DNA from: Callorhinchus milii
Taxonomy: Eukaryota
NCBI RefSeq assembly: GCF_018977255.1
Contig: NW_024704761.1
Location: forward strand, 3,906,001 to 3,970,000
DNA: 64,000 nt
Direction of reading: 5' to 3'
This document shows, in pieces, positions 36,471 through 50,174 of the stretch (positions within the stretch are counted from its first letter, which is position 1; each line of letters begins with the position of its first letter). The notes under the pieces are model-generated. The model saw only the letters and a program-made list of their open reading frames with translations. It was not told the origin of the DNA and made no database searches. Position numbers and translations under genes: made by a program.

Positions 36471-39400
36471 AGATTGGGACTCTGGGAAAACTGGCTTCCC
36501 ACATTCAGACTGAACATTTGCTCCCACTCGCTCACTTGTGAAATGTGCCCAGTTGATCCCACGGTGATTTAATCCTGTGCAGATGGCATTATCTTCACTT
36601 CCCATTGAAGTAAAATCTCTGGCTGTTAAATTGCTGCCAATAACAGCAACAAGGCATTGGTAAAGTAACAAAGAACATTTGCAGTGATGGCCTTCAGATT
36701 ACAAACACAACCACTGAGGAGAATTTATGCTCAGACAGTCCTGTTTCTCTGTTAATCTTCCCAATTTCTATTGTTCAACTATGTCCAGACCTGCCCCGTA
36801 GCTGGGAACCTCTCCTGCAATCACTCACTCGGCCCATTGTTCAGCTAACAGGGTTTACAACAGGGTTCTGGCTCGTTATTAACAGCCTGAGCTGCAAAAA
36901 TCTCTTTTGTTCATAGGCTTAAGATCTTTGCCTTCAAAAATTTTAGATCGTGCGAGACTTTAGCAAACAAACGAGTCTTAAATTCCATCTCAATTTGGAA
37001 GCTGATTTTTCTACACTCCCCAAAGAAGATCTAGAGACTTTCACGTTCACTCCAGGATCCAACACACTCCAGGATCTAATAGAATGAGGAGCCATAAGGA
37101 ATACAGAAGCCTTGGCATATGGTGCCGAGCTTGACAAACTGGGGGTGGGGAGGTGGGTTTGATGTGATATGTTGCACTCATAGTCTGTGGCTTCACAATA
37201 ATTACTAGGGGCGTTGTCGTGAATTGGATCCTTCTGACGTTAAGGGTACCACGGGGCTATTATAGCTTGCTACAGGCCGTTGGGGACAGCCGATTCTGTA
37301 ATCTGTGGTGTTCAAGAGTACGAGCAGGCCTTTGTGTTTTACAGAACGTGTAGAGTCTTGTTTACAGCTGGTGTAGAGCCCACAACACGGGCAGGGACAT
37401 CAAATAAACAGTGATAAACAGGCAACATGATTACACAACACGGGGCTGGAGTGGATGTGCTGCCTGGATGTTCATTGTTCCAGTCTGTGTGTGTGAGAGT
37501 GTGAGTGTGTGTGTGCACACCAGTCTCTTTAGAGGCAAAGGGTATCCTAGCAGAGCGTGAGGGAGCAAGGCTGGAGGAAGGGTTTGGGGGGGGAAGAGTT
37601 TCAGAGAGCGAAGGCAAAGTGACCGAAAGCTCTCCCACCCACAGTGTGGCAGAGGGGGTGTGGGACATGCAGCATGCCTGAGTTGGCAGAGGAGAAGAAG
37701 TGGCTGGAGGAGGAGGACCCCAGGAGATCACAGAGCCAGGTGGGGCGAGGCTGCGGAAGCATTTGACGTTTTGCTTCCTTTCATCGAGCAATGCAACCCC
37801 TTAAAGCTAGGAATTTCTGTGCTGGAGCTATTGCACTCAAACACAGGGTCAGACAGAGAAACTTTCTTCTACATTTTGACATTAACGCTGGGCAGGCTCT
37901 CTGGTTTGCGTTTCTTTCAAGTTTGATTATTAAATAAACATTCCTCAAAAAAATACTCCCCCTCCCCGTTTTTTGCTGCCTTGACAAAACCCCAGCGGGA
38001 ACAGAGAGTCTCTGTAAATGGGGACCCAGCAAACGGAACCAGCGCCACAATGGGGCACCCTGACTCTGCCTCGCCCACAAAGGCACAGTTTCTCCTCATT
38101 GTCCTCTTCATAAAGACCAATACACCCCTCATTGAAATTTGCAATGGAAGGCACACATGCCTCAAGGGACACTGATCCTGCAAGAAACCAAAGCAAAATG
38201 GGATAGTTTCCAAAATGTCCAGCTCATCAAGTGATGAGCAACTACACACACACATTGCTGGAGGTGCTGTCTTTCAGATGAGATGTTAAAACCAATCGAC
38301 CGATCCCATGTACCTGTTCAGGGAGACGTTAAAAATCCCACAATGCTATTCGAAAAGAAAAGGGAGTTTTCCTCCCTCTGCCCTGATAAAAAAAAGGTCA
38401 GTTATTACACAGCTGTTTCTGGGTGTTGCTGTGCACAAGTTGGTTGCCGTGTTGGCCTACAAACAAAAAAGGCATCAACTTGACAGCAAATTCCTGCGAA
38501 GAGATGTTTTGAGGTTAAAAGTGCTGATATTGAATGCAAGGATGATTATTATTATTACTAAATTGATAGTTCTCACTCACACGATAGCTCTCACAGGTTC
38601 CACAGTCCATCCTCCCGGTATCTTGCTTAAGGGCCCATTGCTCTTCCTGTGTGAGAGGCTGGGCAGTGGACAGGTTGTTTGACAGCTGATCCCAATCCTA
38701 TCCTCAGCCCACGTCTCCCTTCCCCCATCGCCCTTTCCAGAGTGGGGTGGGGGGGGGCAGAAAATCCTCTCACCTTTGCCCTCAGTCCCGTCGCTGGGTT
38801 CAAGAGTGAAAAGGCATAGTGCAAATTTGGAATCCAGCCTTTTTGGAATATTTGACCCTCAGCCTGACTTTAATTACATTGGGAGCTCTAGGCTTTCCAA
38901 TCCCGCTTCATTAATTTCCTGAGCTGAAAAAGTGGAGCCATCCGCTGCCTCAATTATTGACAGGATGTAATTGAAAATAGTTTGATGGGGAGTGGGCCGG
39001 GCGTTTCTGTAAACAATAATCTAACTTCTTACAAGGCAATCCACCTGAAAAATGCAAATATTGTACGACAGGACGTGTGTGAAATGCTGATTACTCATGT
39101 CTGTTAACTTATTACATTTTCTGGAATGAATGTTCTGTAAAACGAATGACTCTGTGAGTTCCAGAGAAATACTGTGCCCGGGTGAGTGCATCCCCGTGAG
39201 TGTATCTGGGTTTCAAATTTGGTTAACTGTATTTAGACGACCACAGGATCGGTGTGTGTGAGCGCCATTGTGATTTCGTTTGACGCCCTGTTTGGTGCGA
39301 AATCTTCCGTGACGTGGATGGTTGGGGTGAGGAGGCGAAATGCATCTCTGACAGTTTGTTTCGGCTCCTCCATAGTCTCATATCGCTGTTTGGTAACGGG

Positions 39401-42400
39401 AAGGGGGTGGGGGCGGGTTGGCTGTGTAACAAGACTTTGTGAACATCTTGCACAAATCCCACCGTGCTCTGATTTATTGTGCAGTTTTTAGGCTTTTTTT
39501 AAATGAATACTTTTAAGGTGTGGGACCTGTGTTGAGCAGTAAATTCGCATGGTTAGAAGATGGGGGAATCACTGTGGCTGTGCCTAGGTTAAGAGCTGAT
39601 AAACACTGTGCTCAGCCAAACTCTCTGACATCTGAACGCTTGCGAATTAGGTTCCTTTAATCTGAACCCTGTGGAATTTCGTTATCAGGCGACATGTCAA
39701 AGAAACTTTTTTTTTATAATACGCTCCTTGTCTAGGATTTCGTCTCTGCTCTCACTCAGTTGAAGGGTGTATGGGTTTACTCAGTGATTCATCAGTCACC
39801 CTAACGTCACTCCGCCACAGTGCATTTCCACCTCAGTGCAACCCCCAAAATTCAGTGTTTCTGTTCTCACTTGTACGGGTTAAAAGTATGGATGGAATGA
39901 ACTAATGGCTCCCGTGCTACACAATATCAAACAAAGTGAGTTCGCTGACATAGGGCAATGGCTTGGAAGACCATGGATCCATTCCTACAATGTCAACTTG
40001 ACTCAAACGTTCACACTCTGGCCTGTGAGTCAGAAGATTGTGAGTTGAAGCCTCACATCAGAGCTATGGGCTGATATAGTTCACTATTTTCCTTACGGAA
40101 ATCCTGGGTGTGGTTGCACTGACCCTGGTCACAGCAAAGGCATCCTTATTTTGTGTACCAATAACATGTTATGGGCAGGGAGTTTGGTGATAAAGTTGAC
40201 ATAAAACAGTATCATGTGCTGAGCTATCATGTGCGGTCACCTTTCCTTTATAGGCTCTGCTTCTCCTTAAACAGCTCTGCAAGGTTGAGGGCAAAGAGGA
40301 CATTGAAAGAGGACTACTTCCCTCAGTGAACTCGGCAGGGTCTATCTTGTGTACTCGCATTTAGGGTTAACAACAGCATAGTTAGGGTTAAAGTCAAGTG
40401 CATTTGAGGGAATTATAATGTCAACACTTCAGAACATTGGCCAATGTTTTTTTTGAGGGGGGAAGAGAGAAGTGAGATGGACATTTGTTAGGGCCTTTAA
40501 CGTTGGGCTGATGTTACAGCTGAGGTCTTTCTTTCCAATAATATCACAGAACAGGTTCAGGTGAAGAATCTTCGACCCATCGGATCTTATTCCTACCCTT
40601 CCGTCTTCCCATTACAGCAACCTCCCTCCCAGGTAACCCCATACCAAAACTCAAGCACTTGTGCGCGCAGGATGCAGATTTGGGATTTCTGCCTCTCGTT
40701 GAATTGAGCTTTTCAAAGCAAAGAATGTTGCCCCAGCGAAATGTTCTATACCTTGTGCACCTGCCAGCAACTGGCATAACTCATAGACCGCCATTAATGA
40801 CTGGAATGTGAGGCATTCAAGGACATGATTCAACACAGAAACATATAAAAGGGCAGGGCACAGCACTTTCATAGAGAGAGAGAGAGAGAGAGAGACAGAC
40901 TTCACAGGCACGATGGGTCGAACAAGCTCCTTCTGTGCTACAGTATTAAATTCTGGGTTCGTTCGCAGTCTAGTTGTGCGCAGGAGAGTTGGACGAGGTG
41001 CATAAGAGGTCTTTGTGTGTAATAAATAGTGAGAGTCTTTCTGAATCTCAGGAAGGAAGGTCAAAGGACGTAACTCTTTCAAGGCACCATAGACAATATT
41101 CAAAGGAGCTGAAATAAAGTTAAACAGCTAGCTCAAGGACAAGGCTAAGATATATTCAAAGCTTACATTGTGCAGGGCTCAATATATCCAGCCTTTTTCC
41201 CCCCTCTGCACAATGCATTCCTGACGGAACAGCATTAATTGCAACCTGCTGATCTGATAACAGCACTACTCGCTCCATTATTTGTTCCCTTTTAATACCC
41301 TGAACTTTATATTGCGCCAATATGCCTAGCACGCGGGAGACTATAAAGGAAATAAACATTGTAATACAGAATAATGTTGCACTTCATTAACAGAGATGAT
41401 GCCCTTCGGATGAGACGTTAAACCGAGATTCCCGTTTGCATATCAAAGATTCTGTAACGCCGCTCGAAAAGGTTTTTTTCTCCTTGGTGTCCTGGCCTCC
41501 GGATAAATTGGCCTTTCACTTCATGACTATTTATAAAATGAGACCTGGCTGTGAGCAATAATACCTGCCATGTTTCCCACAAAAAACAGCACCACACTTG
41601 ACAGTAATCACTGTACAGTGCTTTGAGCTGCGATAAGATGCCATAAAAATGCAATTTATTTTTTCTCCTCATTTCCTCCATTAACTTGTTTTCAATAAAG
41701 ACCGCAAAACAGACCCCTCTTTGCTCGTCTCAGGTAACAGGCCTAATGTCAACACACCAGATGGTGGCTTCTCTCCAACGTTAATAGATTTCTGCTGAAA
41801 GCACTCAACCCCACAAACTGCTATGTCCTGTTCTTGCTTGTCCTGCAGTAAAAGAGCTGACAACACGCAGAAACATCTTGTCTCAAGGACAGCACCTCTT
41901 TGAGTGCAACAACAACTTGCATTTATATAGTGCCCTTCACGCGAGGTCGCAACACACTTCAGGGTCAACTCAGGCTGTAACATCAAGCACAGACACGGGC
42001 AACCAATCGCACAACCTTAATTCCTTGTAAGTCAGGATAAGTGCAGAATAGGTCATCTTTCCATTGCTTCGGGCCAGACAATTTGCGCTTATAATATTCT
42101 TTCATGTAGGAGGATACCTCAAAAGATCTTTACAAGGATTAAGTAGAAGCCTGAGCTGGGGAAGGGGGAAAAAAATCAAAGTATCATTTTTCAACAAGTT
42201 ATGAAAGCAGAAGTAGATGAGGCGAGGCAGAGGGATTTGGGCAGTTTTTCAGAGGGTGAGACGAAGAGTCTGAAAGCTCATGCTTTGATGGTGGGGAATG
42301 TGAAGCAGGCCAATTGTGGGAGATTCCTGTAGAGGAACGACAAGCGGAATATAAATGTGCTTCTCTCACCTCACTCATCACCCAAAAGATCACACACGGT

Positions 42401-42544
42401 GTGCTCTTGCCCAATCTGTAATAACACTCTAATTAATGCGGGCCTCTTATCTGCATTTTTTACAAAGCTGAATAGTTACCACCTTTTTAATCTCAGTTTT
42501 ACGGCTTTGAGGATCAATGAGATTTATTGTAACAAAGAAAAGTC

Positions 42545-42780
42545 AGAAATAAAAAACGAAGTCGCTGGGAACACTCAGGCAGGATCTAAGGAGGAAAGTG
42601 AGTTAACGTTTCAGGTCGATGACCTTTCGTCAGAACTTGGCGATGTTGGAAGGGAGCAGTTGATAAGGACCGGCAGAGATGGGAGGGCAGGGAAAGAAAG
42701 ATAAAGGAAAAGATTAGCTGGAGGACAGGAGATGATGATATCAGAGGTGTTGACGGCACAAGGCAAAAGAAGGCAATAGT
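42545..42780 (-). mobile_element. Penelope-like element terminal fragment
   Basis: Reverse-complement copy of 27347-27575. Confidence 0.6.
42601..42637 (-). ncRNA. Minimal type-I hammerhead ribozyme motif, second copy
   Basis: Reverse complement AGTTCTGACGAAAGGTCATCGACCTGAAACGTTAACT is identical to the 27490 copy except for one helix-II loop base. Confidence 0.7.
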
Positions 42781-43261
42781 GGGAGATTATAGAAAGAAAA
42801 GATGTGTCTGAGACCCAGAGGATGTGTGAATGATTATAGAAGAGGGGGAGTGGGGGGCAAGGCTGAGAGAACATGGGAGCTGTGTTTAAGGTCCCATCTT
42901 AAAAGTCAGATGTCATTCACATTTGGGAAAGGAAACTTGGCATTTCTCCACTCATATTAACCATTAGGAACATTTATTGTGGTGACTCATAGCTTTTGCT
43001 CAACGGGTTACCTGGTTACACTGAACCCAAACAAAACAATGTCTGTCCCAACGCTCGGAAGTGCTGCCTAACACTTATCATAGTCACAAGCTCCCCGGGT
43101 GATTCAGTGGATAAATCAACTGGTGAGTGATACGGATGAGGCTGGTTTCAGTGGCAGGGGAGAGCGTAAAGAGAGCTAGGGAAGGGGAAATAAAGCCCCA
43201 CTTGACTTCAGTGTACTCAGGCTGGAGAGCCAAGTCTCTAACGATAATCCATACATTTGAT

Positions 43262-43575
43262 GCAATAATAATCTTATTGATTCTCAATAATAGTGCCTTT
43301 CACGTTGGGATGCCAAAGTGCTTTGTGGGATAAATTGTAAAGTAATTGTGACTGTGCGTTTTTTTTTAAGGCAAATCTGGCAGCCAATTTGCACACAGCA
43401 ATGTCCCACCAACAGCCATGAAGTGAGTGGAGTGACCAATTTCATCTGGGGAATTATTAGCCAGGACACTGGGAGAAACTCCCTTCTCTTTTCGAACAGC
43501 GCCACGGGATCTTCCAACATCCACCTGAAGAAACACAGATGAGACCTTGGTTAATGTCTCTTCAGAAGGGCAGCA
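43262..43575 (-). mobile_element. Deu-domain SINE
   Basis: Reverse complement of the core and tail seen at 8335-8764. Confidence 0.7.
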
Positions 43576-46113
43576 CTATCAGTCCCCACAGTCTGCTGAT
43601 ACTATGCAAAACAGATACATGGCAAGGTACTGAAGGACATCTGCAGGAGCAGACCACAGGGGGAAAAAAATAGTGCTTTGAGGGGAAGAAAATTGGTGAA
43701 ACTTAACGAGCAAAATGAGAATGAATGGTGGCCCCTCCAGGGAGCTCCTGCCTGGAATTTATTTTTATTTATGCTCTCGACTTTTGTTCTGCCAATTCTC
43801 TCTCCTCCCTTTCCTCCTTTCCTCCCCAAAGCACGTACTCTCACCGCCTAGAACAATTTTCAACCCACCCCAGAGCTTATTTGCATCAAGGGATGGATTG
43901 ACACGGAATCAAAGCTGGTCTGTGGTAGCAAAATTAGAGGGATCCGTCAACAACTAGTGTACGATACAGTATGTGACTAAAGCGGCAACCTTCACAGAGA
44001 ACGGTGATTTGAGAACATATTTCCTAACATAGCTTGTGCTTAGGTTATCGGCTACAAAAAGAGAATTATTTGAGGCAATTAATCCCAAGTGAACCACGGA
44101 TTCTCAATCTTTAAATTTCTGCTCTGTTACAAGAATGGAGGTTTCTGTAAACAAAATTACTCTCTTCATCTCTGCCAATAATGAATTCTCTTCTGCCAAT
44201 GAGCTACCGAACGTGCATTTTTATAGCAATAAAAAAGAGACGACTTCTCAACAAACCTTCAGATTAATTGGTCATTCACCCAGTGGCTGTTGTTAGACCT
44301 TGCCCTGGCAAAACTCTTCAGTGCATTTCATTATAAATACCCTTCCCTCATGACCGCACTTTAAGAGATGTGTTGACGCAACACTCTTCTGTAAAATACA
44401 AGCTCTTCCTTACTGTAGAGCAGGCGTTTGTGTTAATTTGTAAGGCAATTAGAACTTACTATAAAAGTTTACATTTGCAAAAACACAGCAATTTAGGATC
44501 TGAATTCAAATCACTCCCTGCATCGTAATCCACCAACTCCTGAACAACCTGAAGAAAATGCTCCATCACTGTGCAATTCCTGAGCACTGCACAAAGCTCT
44601 AGCTCAGAGCTAGCAAGAGTACAAAACCTCCCATGTGTTTTCAGTCACTATTTACTATAACTATAGCAACGTCTTTGTATGAAAATGCACTTCAGTTGAA
44701 TCTGATCAGTTGAGTTATCCTTTGCTTACGAGTAAAATAAAAAACTTTTGCGAGTTAAGTAAATTGCTTTCGAAGGCAGCACAGAGGGTACAAAATCACT
44801 GGTGCCCTGAACTGACCTCGTGAGGTCTCAGGCGTTGCGAGATGGATCATTTACAAATGTTCTTTCTCAGACAGCTGCCCGAGAACTCAACTGATAAACG
44901 TGGCTGGCACAGAGAAGTGCTGGGAAGACAGGTGGGTGGGCTCTGCGATAGGAGCCCAGCTCATACAGCAGGTCTCTGCTGCGTGTTGAAGTGAGATTAC
45001 ACGGTGTCAAAGATAAATCTCAACAGCATCAACATTCCACTAAAATTGGCATCCATCACGTACAAGCCTGGCCTGGCGAGTGTTTGTGTGCAGCCGGAGG
45101 AGCCCGATTTGGCGCAGACACTATGCGACAAATGGCCTCGTAATTTATGTTTATTGAGCGACAAAGTATGACTTTGGAACTCTCTGCCTCAATCTCTCTC
45201 TGCCTTGCCTCCCCCATTTTCAGATCACGCCTGAAGGCCCTCCTCTTCCACCGTTCTTACGGTTACTTCTCCCCTCGACTCGGCGTCACCGCTGAGCGCT
45301 CCGAGACGCTACCCCACGCGAAGGACGCTCGATGGTTAACGAACGAGTCGTGCACAGCCGGTCCTTTGGTTTCACAAGTTAAGCCGCACTCGTTGGAAAT
45401 ATTTCAAACACCAAAAAGTGGGACAACATTCGAAATGGAAGAGTATCACTGGCTTTATTCAATGTGTAAGAGGTTCTTTTCCTAACCAGTAAATAGAACA
45501 GCTTCTCATTATTTCTCCTTGGGAAAGGCTAACCCACCCCTAGCTCCCTGCGTCCTTTTGTAATACAACCAGCCAGAGAGGTAAACAAGAAGCAGCTTGC
45601 GGAAACTCGGGGTCGTTGTTTAGCTGATGGAAGCTGAATTTATGCCTGTGCCAATCCCTTGGGAAAAACAAACATCTGACCATTTTGTTAGGACTCTTGA
45701 CCTCTCCACAGAAGAGAAGGGTTAGGTTTCCCACTGTTTGCACCAGGGATTAAACTCTCTCTGTTATTTGTACAGTCACTGATTCTCAAACAGTGCAGCT
45801 TTGACAACGGCAGCCAGTTGTGTACTACAGGGAGAAATCTGCAGACCCAGCCTCTTAGAGGGCTTCATCACTGAGCAGGCCTGTGACTCGTCATTGTTAC
45901 GTATTAGATCTGGCTAATTGATACAGCGCCTCATCACTTTCAAAGTCTCAAAGCGCTTCACAAGGTGTATTGTTAGGTGTATATTCTGTGGGCGAAATGT
46001 GGCAGCCAGTTGCAATCCACAGATAAGAACGTAACTGACAGATCAACAAGTATGGAGTCCTCATTTGCATCATCCAAGGCTGGATGAGAGTCTGACTCAG
46101 CATAACAAGCTGG

Positions 46114-49100
46114 TTATTCAGGATTCCTTCGCTTATCTGTACTGTCCTTATTCTTGGACAGATTTTGTTGCTTCCGTTTCTTTAGTTCTCTGTAAGCCTT
46201 CACCACCCTCTCTCGTTCCTCCAGCATCATCCTCTGGCGAGCCATGGACATTGTGGACACTTTAGCGCCTCCTGGCGTCTTGCGGGTGCTTTCTGATGTG
46301 CTTTTGTTTTGCTCGAACAGAGCCTTCAGAAGTAATGCCTTCTGGCCAGACTGGAATAGCAGACACTGGTATTAACATACGTAGGAAGACATGGAAAGCA
46401 CCATTGAAGGCTAGATATGAGTGCTCACTTCCTCACTACACATTTAAGAAATAACCTGGAATTCACCACCTTGTACTAAAAATTTATATTTGCCCCCCCA
46501 GATTTTTCAAGCTTCTCCCAGATGTGAAAACAATTTAACAGTAACAGGTAAGGATTTCAGAGTGGAATGAGGTTTAACTGCAGAGCAAATAAATTGAGTT
46601 GATGCTTTTATTCCTTATCAGACCACTTGTAAACACAACTCTCTGCTCTACAAATACTGGGATGTGACGTTTCCACCTTGTGTCAATACTACTCCTGGAG
46701 TCTGGAAGGTCATGAATCCAGCTCAACACAATAGGCTACACACACTAAACATTTACTGCAGCTGCCAACAGAGCTTGTACTGGTAGACAGGAACGGTTGA
46801 ACTCTTCTATAAAGGCTTTTGAATACACAATGTCCGTGCTTTTTGGTGGGAGAACAAGATGTGAAATATTTACCCTCTCCGTTTGCTGGCTTTTCCTGGG
46901 TTTAGCTGTGAGGGTCGGGGGCTGCAGCACCACTTCTCCAAAACTCACAGGATCTGCAAAACAGGATCAGCGATTCTCTGAACAAAGAACTGTATGTTTA
47001 CACTGAGAATGACTGAATTCCAATGCTTCAGAGAGATTTATTATGGCTTTGTCTTGTGGATAGGGGTAAAAGAGTTAAGGGGGAAGGGAGAGAAAACTCC
47101 TCTACTTCCCTCTTCCTCCTGTGCACCCAATACATCTTAGCTCAAAGCACAAACGTGCCGCTGATGGCAATGGCCAGCTCGAAGCATATTAAAGCAGATC
47201 AGTCAGTCAGCAATCATGAGGTGAACGAAGCATGCTAGGAATTGATGGTTTCACTCCTGGATGAGGTGAGCCACCCAGTGGACAAATTAGTTTAAACATC
47301 ACACCAGGAGCAGAGTGCTGCCCAAGTACAGTACCAGCCACACCACACTCTGGATATGGCAACACAATAATAACGCTTGCATTTGAATCTAACCTGCCCA
47401 GGAATCTAACCGAGGTCCTCTCGTTTGCGAGGCGAGCGCTCTAACCACTACCCTACGGCACTCCACAACAACACAAGTAACATGAAGACACAGCCGGCAC
47501 CAGCACATAATAATAATAATCCTTGCATTTGATACAGCACTTTTGCACGTCTTCTCGACGTCTCAAAGCACTTCACAGAATATACTGTAAAGTGAATTAA
47601 CCATATATTTGTGGGGGGAAATGAACGCGCACATGGAACGCAAGCGGAAAGCGGGACGCTCAATGCTACGTTACCCGTTATATACCTGAGAGCATTTCTT
47701 TCTCTCGGTCCACCTCGTTTCGCTCAACTTTCTTTCTGTTCAACCTCTCCACTCTCCTTCTGTCAAAGCTATTGGATGCAAACAGAAATTAGTCAACGAA
47801 CACAATGCAGCATAGTGAGAATAATACTTGCGCTTCAAATAGGGCCTCGTGTCGTTGAAACATGTCAAAGCACTTCTCAGGATTTACTGTAAAGTGCAGT
47901 GAATTCATAGGTGAATGAACCTGAAGAGAATGTAAGGTGCTTAACCCTTCAGCACAGTACAGGCTCACCTCAGCACATCTGCTGTGCAGCATTCCACAAT
48001 TCTTTTTCATTGGGACTCAATTTAAAGGAAGTTACATGGAAGAGATGGGCAGTTTTCTTGAAATTCATTGTGGGCAGAACCAATAGCATGGATTACGTAC
48101 TTTTTCTTTCGCTCTGATTTAGGTTTGACCAGGCTCTCCTCCTGCTTCGGCTCTTGCATCTCAGGGCAACGGTACTCTTGATTTCGCGTCAGAAACATGA
48201 CGTACTGCGACTCCCGGTCCATCCGCTGTATGTAGGCTCTCTCCGATTCCCCCTTCTTCTGCTTAAACTTCGGAACAGCTATGTAATCCTGCGGTTTTGA
48301 GTGTCCTGAAGCGGGTTTCGCTGCTGGGGCCACTGTTTACAAAGAGCAGATTTCTGTGGTTAAGTATTTCCCTCTAATTTTTAAAAAAACAATATTCTAG
48401 TTTCGCGGCACTTTTTGGGGATAAAAATTACAGGTTCTCCAAACAGCCCTCCACAGTCATGAAACGTCAGCCAAGGCAGCAAGTGTTGAGAGCGAGTCCA
48501 GCCGAGTCTTGTCCTGATCTCAACTAATGTCCACACTCGGTTTGCAGCGGGGATCACAGAGATCAAAAGCAGAAACTCTGGCTAAGTCCTTCTCCACCCA
48601 ACCCCAATACAAAGCCAATGAGGATAATTGTCATGCTCCATCCGCTATTCCGGGAATAACGGATATTAGCAAAAACACACTAATAAAGACTTAAGGAAGG
48701 ACAATTTTCACCATGCCGTGATTGTCAGTGGCTGCATCAGAGTAATCTGAATGTCTGAGGGGTATTACTGAAAGCAACTATCCTTTACCAGCGTTCTTCT
48801 TTGGCTTATTCATCCGTTTCTTCAATTTCTCTTTACTTCTCATTATTTCACGAAGTTTGTACGGAATCTCCTGATCGTCGACGTTCTTGGGCCTCATGTT
48901 GATCTCCTTGGGTTTCCTACGCAGTTACAAACACAGGCTATTACGACGGCCAAAACTGCAGTAAAATACAAATAGCCCATTATATTGCGGCCAATTATAT
49001 TCAATCTGCCCGCGCCCCCCACTTATCCCCTCCTGCGGCCATCCTTCGATTGGACAAGCGCCTCATCAAGTTGCCAACGCGTCTCAAAGCTCTTCACGGG

Positions 49101-49876
49101 GTGTACCGCACAGTGTAGTGACTGGCGTATCCTCTTGCACTTGACCTCAGAGCGCTCCACGGAGAGTCAGCGACTGTCGAGTGTCGCGACTCTCACTGCG
49201 CACACCCCCCCCCCCCCCCACCCCGCCCGCCCCCCGAAATGCGTCAGCCTGTCACAGCGGCGGCGCTCCCGCCTCTCGGGACAGAAGGTCGCGGGTTCAG
49301 GCCCCGAGTCGGGGGCTCCGAATGGCACGTTCTAAGCTGACGTTCCAGTGCTGCGTTGTCGGGAGGCGCCGTCCTTCGGACGAGACGTTAAACACGAGGT
49401 CCCGCTTCCCTGTCCTGGTGGACGTTAACGATCCCGCGGCACTACTCCGAGTTTGTTTCCCTCTCTCCCGGTGTTCCCGGACGACAATCCCTCCAACCCC
49501 CCACCCCTCACTCCCTCAATCCTCCCCTCCGCCACCGCCTCCGCCCCAACCCAATGCAATCGGGTGCCTCACGCTCCGCGACTCGGGGACTGCGCCGCCG
49601 CCGCCGCCGCCTTTCACCCACAAAACACGCGCAAAAGTCACTACACTTTGCAGCATATTCTGCCCAAGCGCTTAGGGACGTCCGGAAGGACGTGACGGGG
49701 CGACGTGTCAACAAACGCAAAGGCCGACGGGGGAATGGTCGCCCCCCCACACACACCGCCGCACCGCACCTCTGGAGCTGCAAGTGCCCGGGTACCGGGC
49801 CACTCGGAGCCGCGGCTTTGCCTCTCCTCCTCCTCCTCCCCTCCCCCGGGGCCGGTGCCCCGCGTGTCCCCTTCAT
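46114..49876 (-). CDS. CCDC137: Coiled-coil domain protein 137; exons 49876-49770, 48916-48789, 48332-48101, 47768-47686, 46953-46874, 46350-46114 (288 aa)
   Basis: Motifs PKNVDDQEIPYKLREIMRS, IAVPKFKQKKGES, VSFGEVVLQPPTLTAKP and SMARQRMMLEERERVVKAYR. Six GT-AG exons sum to 867 nt in frame. Head-to-head with OXLD1 as in human. Confidence 0.93.
49290..49715 (+). mobile_element. Deu-domain SINE in CCDC137 intron 1 (CpG-rich copy)
   Basis: ctaagctgacgttccagtg...ccttcggacgagacgttaaa...ggtggacgttaacgatccc core. Confidence 0.7.
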
Positions 49877-50174
49877 GGCTTCGGGGAGAAGCGACACACG
49901 TGGCCCTGACAACGGCGGCGAGTGGCGGCGGCGACCCTTGACCTCGGGGAGGAGGAGGAGGTGGAGAGCGTCTCGCGCTCCGATTAGCCGGACTCGCTGT
50001 CGCTCAACGGATCCGGCCAATCGCCCGCTGCCGGCGGCCCGCCGGGCTGTTCGTCACTTCCGTTGTGGGCGGCTACTTCCGGGGCCAAGGATGACGGGAG
50101 GAGGGAGAGCGGGATCCGCCGGTGGGAAAATGGCGGCCTAGCGACCGCGCCGACTCTCCTTCCCTCCCTCCCTC
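49877..50174. promoter_or_regulatory. Bidirectional CpG-island promoter shared by CCDC137 and OXLD1
   Basis: About 300 bp between the divergent ATGs, CpG-dense. Contains CCAAT (50017), ETS/GABP-type ACTTCCG twice (~50056, ~50075) and YY1-type AAAATGGCGGC (50127-50137). Confidence 0.8.

Noticed and set aside
44455-44625. Protein-like minus-strand frame (MEHFLQVVQELVDYDAG...)
   Set aside because: No recognisable homology and no convincing splice sites or partner exons.
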